Assembly: GCA_038318895.1 (NCBI GenBank)
Contig: JBBQCS010000003.1
Location: forward strand, 9,381 to 73,380
DNA length: 64,000 nt
Source: Alphaproteobacteria bacterium
Lineage (GTDB): Bacteria; Pseudomonadota; Alphaproteobacteria; UBA11222
Direction: 5' to 3'
Positions 42,569 to 51,850 of this stretch are shown piece by piece (position 1 is the stretch's first letter; every line of letters begins with the position of its first letter). A model generated the notes under the pieces. It was not told where the DNA came from. It saw only the letters and a program-made list of their open reading frames with translations, and made no database searches. A program made the translations under genes and the position numbers.

Positions 42569-43336
42569 TCAATCTGTAAACTGTTCCATCAGGATGCGTT
42601 CGTCCAGATCATGACCGGCGTCAAACAGGATTGGCACGGTGATATCCTCGGCCATCGAAACTTCGACCATGCCCACCTTGCGCACCTCCAGCATATCGGC
42701 AACTGCGCTGACCGGGCGTTTATCGCGCTCCAGAATTTCAAATAACACCACCGCATTCTTTGGCAGCAGGGCGCCGCGCCAGCGCCGCGGACGAAATGCG
42801 CTGATCGGGGTTAACGCCAGCACGCCTGCTTTAATCGGCAGAATTGGCCCGTGCGCCGACAGGTTGTATGCGGTGCTGCCGGCGGGCGTCGCGACAAGAA
42901 CGCCGTCGCAGTTCAACTCCTCCAGGCGGGGACGCCCGTCAATAGTGATGCGGATTTTCGCAGCCTGACGTGTGGACCGCAGAAGTGACACCTCATTGAT
43001 GGCCAGGCCTTCAAAAGTTTGCCCACGCATATTTGTTGCGCGCATGCGAAGCGGGTTCAAGGTCGTGATTTCGGCCTTTTGCAGCCGTTCAATAAGGCCA
43101 TCCTCAGAATATTCGTTCATCAGAAAGCCGAGAGAGCCCCGATTCATTCCGTAAATGGGAATATTACGGCCCATAAATTGATGAATCGTCTGCAGCATCT
43201 GTCCGTCACCACCGAGCGCCACAATCACGTCAGCCTGGTCCGGCGGCGTGGCCGCATAGCGATCACATAAAATCAGAAGTGCATCCTGTGCCTCTTGGGA
43301 ATCCGATGCGACAAACGCAATTTTTTTGTACGCCAT
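42569..43336 (-). CDS. nadK: NAD+ kinase
   Basis: GGDGQML and …NRGSLGFLM… motifs on a 255-aa NadK fold. Confidence 0.85.
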   Translation of the reverse strand: MAYKKIAFVASDSQEAQDALLILCDRYAATPPDQADVIVALGGDGQMLQTIHQFMGRNIPIYGMNRGSLGFLMNEYSEDGLIERLQKAEITTLNPLRMRATNMRGQTFEGLAINEVSLLRSTRQAAKIRITIDGRPRLEELNCDGVLVATPAGSTAYNLSAHGPILPIKAGVLALTPISAFRPRRWRGALLPKNAVVLFEILERDKRPVSAVADMLEVRKVGMVEVSMAEDITVPILFDAGHDLDERILMEQFTD

Positions 43337-43541
43337 GACTGGCCTGACCGCCGAAGCAATTAATTCTGGGCTGAACCCTGATTACAGCGCATTTAATAGG
43401 GTGAATGAACGGCTTTGTCCATTATTGTGCGTGGACCGTGCAAGGACGCCATGGTCAAAACCAAACAGAACGCAGGCAGATTCAGCACGCCATCTGTGAT
43501 GAAAATGAGAATTTTGCGATTACCCCTGCGTCCTTGTAACG

Positions 43542-46538
43542 CTACAGATCCCGGCGATATGTCGCCATGAAGTCTTTCAGGGTGTCAAGGCCCGCAATGG
43601 TGCTGGCCAGTTGGCGAAATGCCACACCATTGTTGGCGCTTGAGCGGCTGATGACATCAAAGCTGTCGGCATAGGGACTGGCAGCCATCTGCGCGTCATA
43701 GCGGGTGCGCATCTTGTCCAGGCCATCCTGTTGTCCCGCCAGCGCATAGGCAATCGCCGCCCGCATAATGCGCCCCTGCAACGGTGCGTCCAAAGGTTTA
43801 TCGGAAGGCGGCGGCCCGCTGTCGGCTAGAACTTTATCAAGACTCGAAGCCGCCTTTGGCCAGTCCTGGGCTGCCCAGTAAATATCCGCACGCAGCAAAT
43901 TTGCGTCGGGAACATCCACTCCGGCTATGAGTTCAAGAGCCTGTTCAAATTCGGAAAGCTCGCTCAGCGCCCGCGCCTCCAGAATTAGGCGCCTAAAGGT
44001 CAAGTCCTCCGGCAATCGTGTCTGGCGCGTGCGGCGGATCGTATCCAGCGCCTTATCCGGCTGTTTATCCAGTAACTGAATGACCGCCAGCCGCACCGCC
44101 ACCTGCGCTTTCGCGGTGCCGTCTAAACGATAGCGCACCTGGTGATCCAGTAATTCGATGGCTTCGTCCAGCAGGTCAACTGCCACCAGGCGTTCGCCCA
44201 ATCGGCGGATCATTTCATCACCGTCAGCGCCGAGTGGTGTCAATTCACGAAAATCATAGTATAATGCTAGCGCTTTGACTGCAGGCATCGTACTTGAGCC
44301 ATTCCTCAAATAAAGATCTGCAAAAATTTCATTCATACTATCAGCTATATGGGATGAACGCTCCGTATTCGGATAGTAAGTGACCGCACTGCGCATCACC
44401 GAAAGCGACTCGCGGTACGCGCCATTCGCAGCGTAACGCTTTCCTAGCGCCTCGAGAATCTTTAGCTCCGTATCATCCCCGCGCCAGGCGTACCGTAACC
44501 CTTCAAGCTGCTCGATCGCCTTGGCGTTATCCATGCTACCCAGCTTATTCAACAGCAACAAACGCGATAGTCTGGCGGGCGTTTCGGTTGGCCGGTAATG
44601 TGTTGCAATCACCTTGTCGTAAGCATCCAGCGCCGCGTCATTTTTTCCGCGCACCTCAAGAAGGTTGGCTTGCAGCAACCTGCCCTCGCTCGCCATTTGC
44701 GGCGTGAGCGTGTCAATTTTAACATTATTCAATTCGCGCTGGGCGCGGTCATTTTCACCCATCGCCAATGCCGCAGTTCCCGCCAATATCCGCAGTTCCG
44801 CGCGTATTTGGGGTGAATATTTACCCATGACAGCCAAGCCGCTATCGAATGCGATAAGCGCCTCTTTCCAGGAGTTCTGCCGCGCCTTGACAGCCCCCAG
44901 CCATAATTTTGCGTGTGAATCATTTTTTAATCCGTTATCCGACAGATCTCGTTCCGCCTCGTCCAGGCGCCCCAGATAATAATTCGTTACACCGGACAGT
45001 CCGCGAAAATAAGGATCGTTAATGATATTTGCGTCCTCACTGGCCATGATATTCAGTATACCGCGCGCCTCCGCCTCGAGCCCGTGGGCAAGATGAAATT
45101 GGGCCAGACTCATTTGGCCGCTTCTGCGTTCCACAAGTTTTGTTGCCGCGACATTTGCGCGCAACTGCTGGCGGGTAGCGTAGAAATTTTCAGCAGTGCC
45201 GCGCTTCCAGCGGTCAAACTCCATATAGGCTGGGGGTTGCGGCGTTATTTTCCCGGTGCCATTTTTCCCAAGCGAGCGCACCACCTCATCGGACATTTGC
45301 AGGCCCGCCGCAGATGTAATCATAACCGATCCGGGCGCGGCACTTACTTTTAGCTGATCAGACCGCAACACGATTGCCACGCCCTGACTTGTTGGCAACA
45401 GTTCAAAGTCAACATATTTCCGGCTTTCCACAACTGCCTGGGTCGCCTCCAGAACCGGCGAAATCATAATGGTGTCGCCCACAGTCGGATCAATCACAGC
45501 GAACGGACCAGTCGGGTTGCCCGCACGCACCCGGACCAGCCCCCCCGGTTCCGCCTCGGGTTCACGCACGACAGGCAATATTCCATCGGGCGTACCTGCC
45601 TCGCGCAGAAGATCGACCTGCCACACCGAATGACGCCGCGCAACCCTGGGCAAATAACCTGGCGCAACTTTGAACGCCAGCACCGTTGAGTCCTGATCAT
45701 CCAGTTGCTCGGCCTTCATAATTACATCGCGTCTCAATAATGAGACGATCGATAAATCGACGTGGGCAGGTTTATCGAACACTACCCATAAATAATCGCC
45801 ACGTAAAAATACTGCGCCCGCTACATCTTTGGGAAATGGAAAACGCATCCGCAAACCACCGGCAATTTCTTTTACCCGCATTTCAAAGTCTATCTGGCCG
45901 CCCTTGGTTACCGCGGCATCTTTTTCATCCTCAATCATTTTTGCTTTGGCCAGCGCTGCGCCGATAGCCTGATCTTCGGCCTCTTGCTTTTTCTGCTGCT
46001 CCAGCGCAATAGCCGCTGCGCGGTCCGCCTCCGCTTCAGCTTCGCTGCGTTCCGATATGATTTTTGCGGCTGCTATTCTGGGTGGCGTCATTGTAACCGG
46101 CGTCGCCGGCTTTTCAGGTGGCATAACCGGTGTTTTTTCCGCCACCTTATCGTCGGCGGGCGGTGCCATTAATAAATCAATGACTACGACCTTATCGAAT
46201 TGCCTGGTCTTTAAACCGAACTCCCGCCGAAGAGGAAAACGTACTTCCCGGCCGTCTTTGCCTATTACCGGCTTGCCAACAAAGTCAGCCAGTTTCTGTT
46301 CAAAAACCGCATAATTGGCCGTGAACGGCTTATCGAAAACTATGCGCAGTTGTTTTCCCTTAATCTCGGCTCGGTACCCCGTCTTGGTAGGCCATTCAAA
46401 AACGATCCGTCCATATTCGGCATGCACGCCCGCACGTGTTTTTACCGCCTGCTGCGCCATAGCCGGCGCGGCACCAAACGCAAAACAGACCGTCAGCAGA
46501 AGCATATAGACGCTATAGCGGAACATGTTACTTCTCAT
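43542..46538 (-). CDS. Large secreted TPR-repeat protein encoded in a flagellar operon (hypothetical)
   Basis: 998 aa with signal peptide (…LLLTVCFAFGAAPAMA), an Ala/Glu-rich coiled-coil segment and C-terminal TPR-like repeats. Its start overlaps the upstream MotB-like gene stop. Confidence 0.6.
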   Translation of the reverse strand: MRSNMFRYSVYMLLLTVCFAFGAAPAMAQQAVKTRAGVHAEYGRIVFEWPTKTGYRAEIKGKQLRIVFDKPFTANYAVFEQKLADFVGKPVIGKDGREVRFPLRREFGLKTRQFDKVVVIDLLMAPPADDKVAEKTPVMPPEKPATPVTMTPPRIAAAKIISERSEAEAEADRAAAIALEQQKKQEAEDQAIGAALAKAKMIEDEKDAAVTKGGQIDFEMRVKEIAGGLRMRFPFPKDVAGAVFLRGDYLWVVFDKPAHVDLSIVSLLRRDVIMKAEQLDDQDSTVLAFKVAPGYLPRVARRHSVWQVDLLREAGTPDGILPVVREPEAEPGGLVRVRAGNPTGPFAVIDPTVGDTIMISPVLEATQAVVESRKYVDFELLPTSQGVAIVLRSDQLKVSAAPGSVMITSAAGLQMSDEVVRSLGKNGTGKITPQPPAYMEFDRWKRGTAENFYATRQQLRANVAATKLVERRSGQMSLAQFHLAHGLEAEARGILNIMASEDANIINDPYFRGLSGVTNYYLGRLDEAERDLSDNGLKNDSHAKLWLGAVKARQNSWKEALIAFDSGLAVMGKYSPQIRAELRILAGTAALAMGENDRAQRELNNVKIDTLTPQMASEGRLLQANLLEVRGKNDAALDAYDKVIATHYRPTETPARLSRLLLLNKLGSMDNAKAIEQLEGLRYAWRGDDTELKILEALGKRYAANGAYRESLSVMRSAVTYYPNTERSSHIADSMNEIFADLYLRNGSSTMPAVKALALYYDFRELTPLGADGDEMIRRLGERLVAVDLLDEAIELLDHQVRYRLDGTAKAQVAVRLAVIQLLDKQPDKALDTIRRTRQTRLPEDLTFRRLILEARALSELSEFEQALELIAGVDVPDANLLRADIYWAAQDWPKAASSLDKVLADSGPPPSDKPLDAPLQGRIMRAAIAYALAGQQDGLDKMRTRYDAQMAASPYADSFDVISRSSANNGVAFRQLASTIAGLDTLKDFMATYRRDL

Positions 46539-47251
46539 GTGCCGAACTCTCGAACGACGAGCTCTACCACATCGTCCGCCGCCCCGGCGCTGGATGGCAC
46601 AATGGAATGACCGACAGGAATGATTGATAAAGTCAAACCGCTCTGCGCAAACATTCTTTTAACGATCATCGCACGGCTCAAGGAAAATTCCCACGCTGAG
46701 GCGAACCCTTCCGGTCCTGAAAGGGCCGGGCGTTCCGCGGCGGATGAATAGACATGAACTTCAACACGATTTTTGACAGACGCCAGGGACCGACCAATCG
46801 CCTCAAGCGCTGCGGAGGCGCTTTGCGTGGCCCGCGCTTTTTCCGGTTCGAACAGTAAATCAACTGGCAGGGCGATAACGACACGATCCGCCCTGCTATG
46901 AACGCGTGCGTTGGCAAGAATCGGGTGGTTCCGGAATTTTTCCCTGATCACTGTTTCCAGATACCCAAGATCAATACCTTTTGGCTCCAGCACACGAAAC
47001 GGCCTGGCTTCTTTCTCAATTTCCAGAATGGATCGCTCACGCCCGGGCGAAAGCTCATCACTCAGTCCACTAACGATTGACTTCCAGGCTTCGGTTTGCA
47101 GATGAGACATGCTGAACAACATCACAAAAAACGCAAGCATCAAGGACATGAGATCGCTGAACGTCACGATCCACACATTATTGACTTCCGGCGCCGGAGG
47201 GGTAACCCCGGCCTCGTCTATGTCAAAGGGAAAACCGCCATCATGCATCAT
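46535..47251 (-). CDS. MotB-like stator protein, N-terminal TM/plug region only (no OmpA/peptidoglycan-binding domain)
   Basis: VWIVTFSDLMSLMLAFFVMLF resembles the MotB TM helix with the conserved Asp. The remaining ~180 aa lack OmpA-like motifs. Confidence 0.55.
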   Translation of the reverse strand: MMHDGGFPFDIDEAGVTPPAPEVNNVWIVTFSDLMSLMLAFFVMLFSMSHLQTEAWKSIVSGLSDELSPGRERSILEIEKEARPFRVLEPKGIDLGYLETVIREKFRNHPILANARVHSRADRVVIALPVDLLFEPEKARATQSASAALEAIGRSLASVKNRVEVHVYSSAAERPALSGPEGFASAWEFSLSRAMIVKRMFAQSGLTLSIIPVGHSIVPSSAGAADDVVELVVREFGT

Positions 47252-47955
47252 TGCCGGGCACCACCGGGTATTGCGCCATCTTCTGGTGAAGAAATTGCAT
47301 AAAACGCGATTTCCAGTTTTGGCGCGTCACCTTCCAAAACCACAATGGAAATCGACTGCGGCGGCACATCTGCATCAGTCAGAGTACGAGCAAAACGGCT
47401 TGCCTGGCGGGCAATTACCGGAGCCTCTGATCCCATATTCGCCGCGTCCTCTGAAAATTCTTCCGGAACGCCGGCAATCCTGATTTCTATCATTGGCAGC
47501 GCCACGCCGGCGTCCGGCCGAAGCATCGCCCTGGCGATATCCAGCACCACGAGGCGCCCTTCCGGACTCAACACACCGGTGCGCGGGATGAATATTTTTT
47601 CACGATTCAGACGCACAACCAGTGTGCCATTTTCGCCGCGCAATAGCTTTACTTCGCCGGCCGCATCACGCCCACGCAGTGTGCTGACCATCGCATCAAG
47701 ATACTTCTGGTCCAGCATGACCACGCCGGTCTGAGAGGCAACTGTCCCAAATTCCGCCTTGACGGTCGACTTAGCAAATTTTTCCGTGAGGCTGCTGACC
47801 GTGGAGTCAACTTTTGACGGGTCGCGCGAAGACAGGCTGTAAAGCATGACAAAAAATGTCAGCATCAACGCTATAAGATCGCTGAACGTTACGATCCATC
47901 CTTGGCGGATAGGCCGAGGCGGCGTGATCGACATACCATGTTCATCCAAAATCAT
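47248..47955 (-). CDS. MotB-like stator protein paralog, N-terminal TM/plug region only
   Basis: GWIVTFSDLIALMLTFFVMLYSL, a paralog of the downstream gene with a 4-nt overlap. Confidence 0.55.
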   Translation of the reverse strand: MILDEHGMSITPPRPIRQGWIVTFSDLIALMLTFFVMLYSLSSRDPSKVDSTVSSLTEKFAKSTVKAEFGTVASQTGVVMLDQKYLDAMVSTLRGRDAAGEVKLLRGENGTLVVRLNREKIFIPRTGVLSPEGRLVVLDIARAMLRPDAGVALPMIEIRIAGVPEEFSEDAANMGSEAPVIARQASRFARTLTDADVPPQSISIVVLEGDAPKLEIAFYAISSPEDGAIPGGARQ

Positions 47956-47984
47956 ATTTTTTCCGCCAGCACAGATGACTGCGC

Positions 47985-48611
47985 TTAAAGATTATCAAAC
48001 AACGCATCAATATCGTCCTGACCGTTAGCAAGACCCGGCAACTGAGGGCCATTTAGCAGAGACGCCTCCTCGTCGTTCTCGCCACTATCGGTTTCATCAA
48101 CACCTGGAAACAGAGCAACAAGTTTGGACACCCGTGACTCTATGCCTTGCAACGTATTGACGACTTTGCTGATACGTTGGCCGGTAACGTCCTGAAAGTT
48201 GGACGCTTCATAGATTTTCATGACCAAGGCTTCCAATGCTTCCGCGTCCGCTCCGGTAAGACTGCTGCAGATACTTCCAAGTTTTTCAACTGAATCCAGA
48301 ATCGCATTGGTCGCCTCTTCGGTCGCCATCACCACCGCATCCAGTTCGTCGGTTGCGTCCGGAATTTCGATTTCCCGCATGGCGTTTGGACGAATACTTG
48401 AGATTTCTTTACGGGCGTTCCCGATGAACTGTTGCATCTCATCTATCTGACTGCGCAGAGTTTCTAAATCCGGGTCCCTCGAGGTCTCCATCGACAGGCA
48501 CATGTTTCGTAACAGGTCAGGCAGGAGATTAACGGGAATCGAATCTCCGGCCGACTGCTGTATCGCCGCCATTTGATCTGTAACTATGGATTCCAACCTT
48601 GCGCTTGTCAT
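47985..48611 (-). CDS. cheZ: CheZ-like CheY-P phosphatase
   Basis: Catalytic motif FQDVTGQRI (compare E. coli DFQDLTGQVI), SLLNGPQ (compare SLLNGPQV) and an acidic C-terminal DDIDALFDNL tail resembling the CheA-binding peptide. Confidence 0.6.
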   Translation of the reverse strand: MTSARLESIVTDQMAAIQQSAGDSIPVNLLPDLLRNMCLSMETSRDPDLETLRSQIDEMQQFIGNARKEISSIRPNAMREIEIPDATDELDAVVMATEEATNAILDSVEKLGSICSSLTGADAEALEALVMKIYEASNFQDVTGQRISKVVNTLQGIESRVSKLVALFPGVDETDSGENDEEASLLNGPQLPGLANGQDDIDALFDNL

Positions 48612-48647
48612 TTACCTACTCCAGGTACGAATAATATTTGGGTAATC

Positions 48648-49304
48648 TTAGCCGGCGGAACCCGGCAATTTTCTCTGCTGAGCCATTTCCATTGTAAGGC
48701 GTTTTGCGGCGTCGGCGTTCATCTTGCTCAACACTTCCGCCATCTTTGATTCAGCCATCCGGTTGGCAACCGCCAGTAGAACTTCCATATCCAACTGGTT
48801 AAATATGGCGGCAGCGCTTTTTGGCTTCATACTCTCATAAACCTGAACAAGCTTCGTGAGGCGTTCCTCCTCCTGCTTATCGAAACGTTCGATAAGCGCC
48901 GACACACTGGCTTCGATTTCCTTTAAACGGGTGATGCGCTCTTCAACCCGCTTTTCTGCCGCTGTTAACAGCGTCTCGCGTGTTTCAAGAGTCCTGGACT
49001 GACGCTCCAGTTCTTCGCGCCGGTCCGACAGTTTTTGCAGAAGCGCCACCTCGGATTCGCTCATGGTAGAGATGTCATTGGGATCGCTGGGTTTAACGGC
49101 GTCTTTTCCGGACGGTTGCGTTACCGCCTCTTCGACCGGATCCGCAGCGGGCGTTTCGGCTTTTGCTGCAGGAACGCCCGCACGAAATTCAGTCACACCG
49201 TCCCAAACGCCATCAATCTTCAGCCCAAATAGCAAAGCAATGGCCAACATCAATACCGGCAGTAAACGGATACGGTCCAGAAATTGATTTGCGATCGTAT
49301 TCAT
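48648..49304 (-). CDS. MotE-like / MgtE-N-domain flagellar protein (putative periplasmic chaperone)
   Basis: N-terminal signal/anchor, coiled-coil region and a C-terminal MgtE_N/FliG-like helical segment (…AAIFNQLDMEVLLAVANRMAESKMAEVLSKM…). Located in the flagellar operon. Confidence 0.45.
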   Translation of the reverse strand: MNTIANQFLDRIRLLPVLMLAIALLFGLKIDGVWDGVTEFRAGVPAAKAETPAADPVEEAVTQPSGKDAVKPSDPNDISTMSESEVALLQKLSDRREELERQSRTLETRETLLTAAEKRVEERITRLKEIEASVSALIERFDKQEEERLTKLVQVYESMKPKSAAAIFNQLDMEVLLAVANRMAESKMAEVLSKMNADAAKRLTMEMAQQRKLPGSAG

Positions 49305-49805
49305 TTATCGCATTGCCCTTAATGCAAACCGCAGATCACCGCCGGCGGCGTTTTCCCTGGGGGACAAATCAGGTGTTATGGCGACAGGCTCGCCGGCCGA
49401 TACGCCGTCGCGTTCAACCTGGCGGCGAAAGCCTTCATCAAGACGCGACAACGCATCAAGCGGTTCTGGCTTGCGACCGGCCGGGCGGCTGCTTGCCGGT
49501 GTTCCTGCCAGCCTGTCAGCCAAACTGTTACCTGACTCGACGATCATGCCAAGCTCATCCGCGATCGCGCGCCCAGCCTTCAATTTTTCAGATAGATCCC
49601 CGGATATGGACAAACTGTTCGAGCGCAACTGATCCACGCTAAGTCTGGCTTTATCAGCAGCTTCATTCAAATCCCGCACCACAATGTGCATTTCGTTTTG
49701 GCCATGACGCAGCGCTGCAAGGCGTCGATTTAGGATATAACAATATCCAATCGTCACGATGAGTAAAACCGCAACCAGGCTTTCCAGAATCAATCCTGCA
49801 GGCAT
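49305..49805 (-). CDS. Hypothetical single-TM protein in the flagellar operon
   Basis: N-terminal TM helix (LILESLVAVLLIVTIGYCYIL) followed by a charged coiled region. No recognisable family; codon usage and tight packing support coding. Confidence 0.5.
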   Translation of the reverse strand: MPAGLILESLVAVLLIVTIGYCYILNRRLAALRHGQNEMHIVVRDLNEAADKARLSVDQLRSNSLSISGDLSEKLKAGRAIADELGMIVESGNSLADRLAGTPASSRPAGRKPEPLDALSRLDEGFRRQVERDGVSAGEPVAITPDLSPRENAAGGDLRFALRAMR

Positions 49806-49820
49806 TGGAGCCTCCTATTA

Positions 49821-50942
49821 CTAAACCCTCGCAGTACCTTTAATATTGTCGCTGATCCGAACCGAAATCTTGTTGCCCAACCGGCCCATCCTGCCATTCA
49901 GCAAATTTACAGTACCGCAACGCATGCGAATATTGGCGTCCGGCCCGCAATTCAGCATAACGGTCTGACCAACATGGAAATTCATTACTTCACCAAGCGT
50001 TATGGCCTGCTCATCCAGCACCGCCTCGATCGGGATTTCTGTATTCCATAGTTCCGTGGCCAGATGGTTTTCCCAAATCGAATCCCGGCCAAACTTTTCA
50101 CCCATAAACATCTGCAAAAGCAGTTCGCGGATGGGCTCCAGCGTTGCGTACGGCAACGCAAGTTCAATGCGCCCGCCGCGGTCCTCCATATCAATCCGTA
50201 ACCGCACTAAAATTGCGGCGTTCGCGGGTCTTGCAATGGCGGCGAAGCGGGGATTCGTCTCCATCCGATCAAGTTTGAAGGTCACTGGCGATAGCGGCTC
50301 AAAGGCCGCCGACATATCTTCAAGCACGACTTCGATCATGCGCTCAACAAGTGATCGCTCAATCGTTGTATAGGGGCGTCCTTCGATACGCATCGCGGCA
50401 GTGCCACGCCGACCGCCAAGCAATACGTCAACGATGGAATATATCAGGTTGGAATCGACGGTGAACAATCCATAATTGTCCCATTCCTCCGCCCTGTGCA
50501 CGGCCAGAATAGCAGGCAATGGAATCGAGTTAAGATAGTCCCCGAAACGCACCGAGGTGATATTATCCAGACTGACTTCGACATTGTCGGAGGTAAAATT
50601 GCGTAACGAAGTGGTCATCATCCGTACCAGACGGTCAAACACGATTTCCAGCATCGGCAGGCGCTCGTAAGATACGAGCGCAGAGTTGATCATCGCCTTG
50701 ATGCCGTTACGGTCTTCACCGTCGGAATCATCGCCGTCAAAACCCAGAAGGCTATCAATTTCGTCCTGGTTTAAGACGCGGCCAACAACGCCCGTCGTGG
50801 CGTCGTCTTCCTTATCGGTCATGGCCTCCCATTCAGACGCCATATCTTCGCCGTCGGCGCCATCTCCTGCGCCGTCGGCCGCCATTTCAGCCTCCCACTG
50901 GGCGGCTATAGCGTCGTCATCTAATTCTTCAACGTCCGCCAT
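49821..50942 (-). CDS. fliM: Flagellar motor switch protein FliM
   Basis: Acidic N-terminus, then …VLNQDEIDSLLGF… (CheY-P binding LSQDEIDALL-like) and the FliM middle domain. Confidence 0.85.
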   Translation of the reverse strand: MADVEELDDDAIAAQWEAEMAADGAGDGADGEDMASEWEAMTDKEDDATTGVVGRVLNQDEIDSLLGFDGDDSDGEDRNGIKAMINSALVSYERLPMLEIVFDRLVRMMTTSLRNFTSDNVEVSLDNITSVRFGDYLNSIPLPAILAVHRAEEWDNYGLFTVDSNLIYSIVDVLLGGRRGTAAMRIEGRPYTTIERSLVERMIEVVLEDMSAAFEPLSPVTFKLDRMETNPRFAAIARPANAAILVRLRIDMEDRGGRIELALPYATLEPIRELLLQMFMGEKFGRDSIWENHLATELWNTEIPIEAVLDEQAITLGEVMNFHVGQTVMLNCGPDANIRMRCGTVNLLNGRMGRLGNKISVRISDNIKGTARV

Positions 50943-50974
50943 TGTGACAGAATTTCCTTATTGAGATTCGAAGG

Positions 50975-51580
50975 CTATTGAATCAGCATTTCCTTAAACA
51001 GGACATCGCGCACCTTTATGGGTTGTACGGAGAGGTTTATACGCTGCAATAGCTCCTCCTTCAGCCGGACCATCCCTGCTGATCCGGACAAATCCTCAAC
51101 CCGCATTTCACGCAGAAACACCTGGAAATTGTCGACGATACGAGGCATCAGCGGCGCCAAATCCGTTTGTACTTTTGGATTGTCGATTTCGAGGGCAATG
51201 CGGATTTTAAGATAGGTCTCTTTCTTTCCCGAACTATTCAGGTTCACTAATATTTCGGGAAGATCGTAAAATACGGCTTTTTGCTTTTCTTCCCCGTGCT
51301 CGCCATCTGCGCTCTCCGCGTGCTCTTCACCGGATGATCCAAACACTCCCAGGAAGTAGGCCCCGACGCCGCCCCCGAATAAAAGCAACAGCAACGGGAG
51401 CGCTATATAAAGAGTAATGAACTTCCCAGACAGACGTTTCTTCGCGGGCTCAGGCGTTATCGTCTCCCCACCTGCTGAGGCATCGTCTTCCTCGGGGGGA
51501 GTCGCATTCTTGTTATCTGATTTAGCCATTTGTTTACCCTTGTTCAGCGCAATGGTGGATCGGTTTCGACCAGACCACAC
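50975..51580 (-). CDS. fliL: Flagellar basal body-associated protein FliL
   Basis: Single TM (…ITLYIALPLLLLLFGGGVGAYFL…) and the FliL C-terminal domain (…VFYDLPEILVNLN…). The likely start is the Met at 51529. Confidence 0.8.
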   Translation of the reverse strand: MWSGRNRSTIALNKGKQMAKSDNKNATPPEEDDASAGGETITPEPAKKRLSGKFITLYIALPLLLLLFGGGVGAYFLGVFGSSGEEHAESADGEHGEEKQKAVFYDLPEILVNLNSSGKKETYLKIRIALEIDNPKVQTDLAPLMPRIVDNFQVFLREMRVEDLSGSAGMVRLKEELLQRINLSVQPIKVRDVLFKEMLIQ

Positions 51581-51778
51581 TCTAACTTCTGCTCAGCGAT
51601 ATCTTGGGCCTACCGGTGCTAAAACTATCGATTAAGGGTAAAGGAAATCTTTCTTTTTTCTGTTCTTGCTGGAAAAGGCGGTAATTTTTGCCGGGTAAAT
51701 TGATCTGACGGGGGGAGCCGTTCATCTCTTCCACGCCGATAACACCGAGAAATCCGGGAATTTCGGAAAATCTGTCGT

Positions 51779-51794
51779 TGGCACGGCAAATGCA
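51779..51794 (+). promoter_or_regulatory. Sigma54 (-24/-12) promoter candidate for the flgFGAH operon
   Basis: TGGCACG-GCAA-ATGCA matches the TGGCACG-N4-TTGCW consensus, with GG at 51780-81 and GC at 51792-93, about 57 nt upstream of the flgF ATG. Confidence 0.45.
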
Positions 51795-51850
51795 AGTGTT
51801 CTGGCACAGTCCACGTATGACGCTGTAACGGCAGAAGCCACAGGAAAAAA

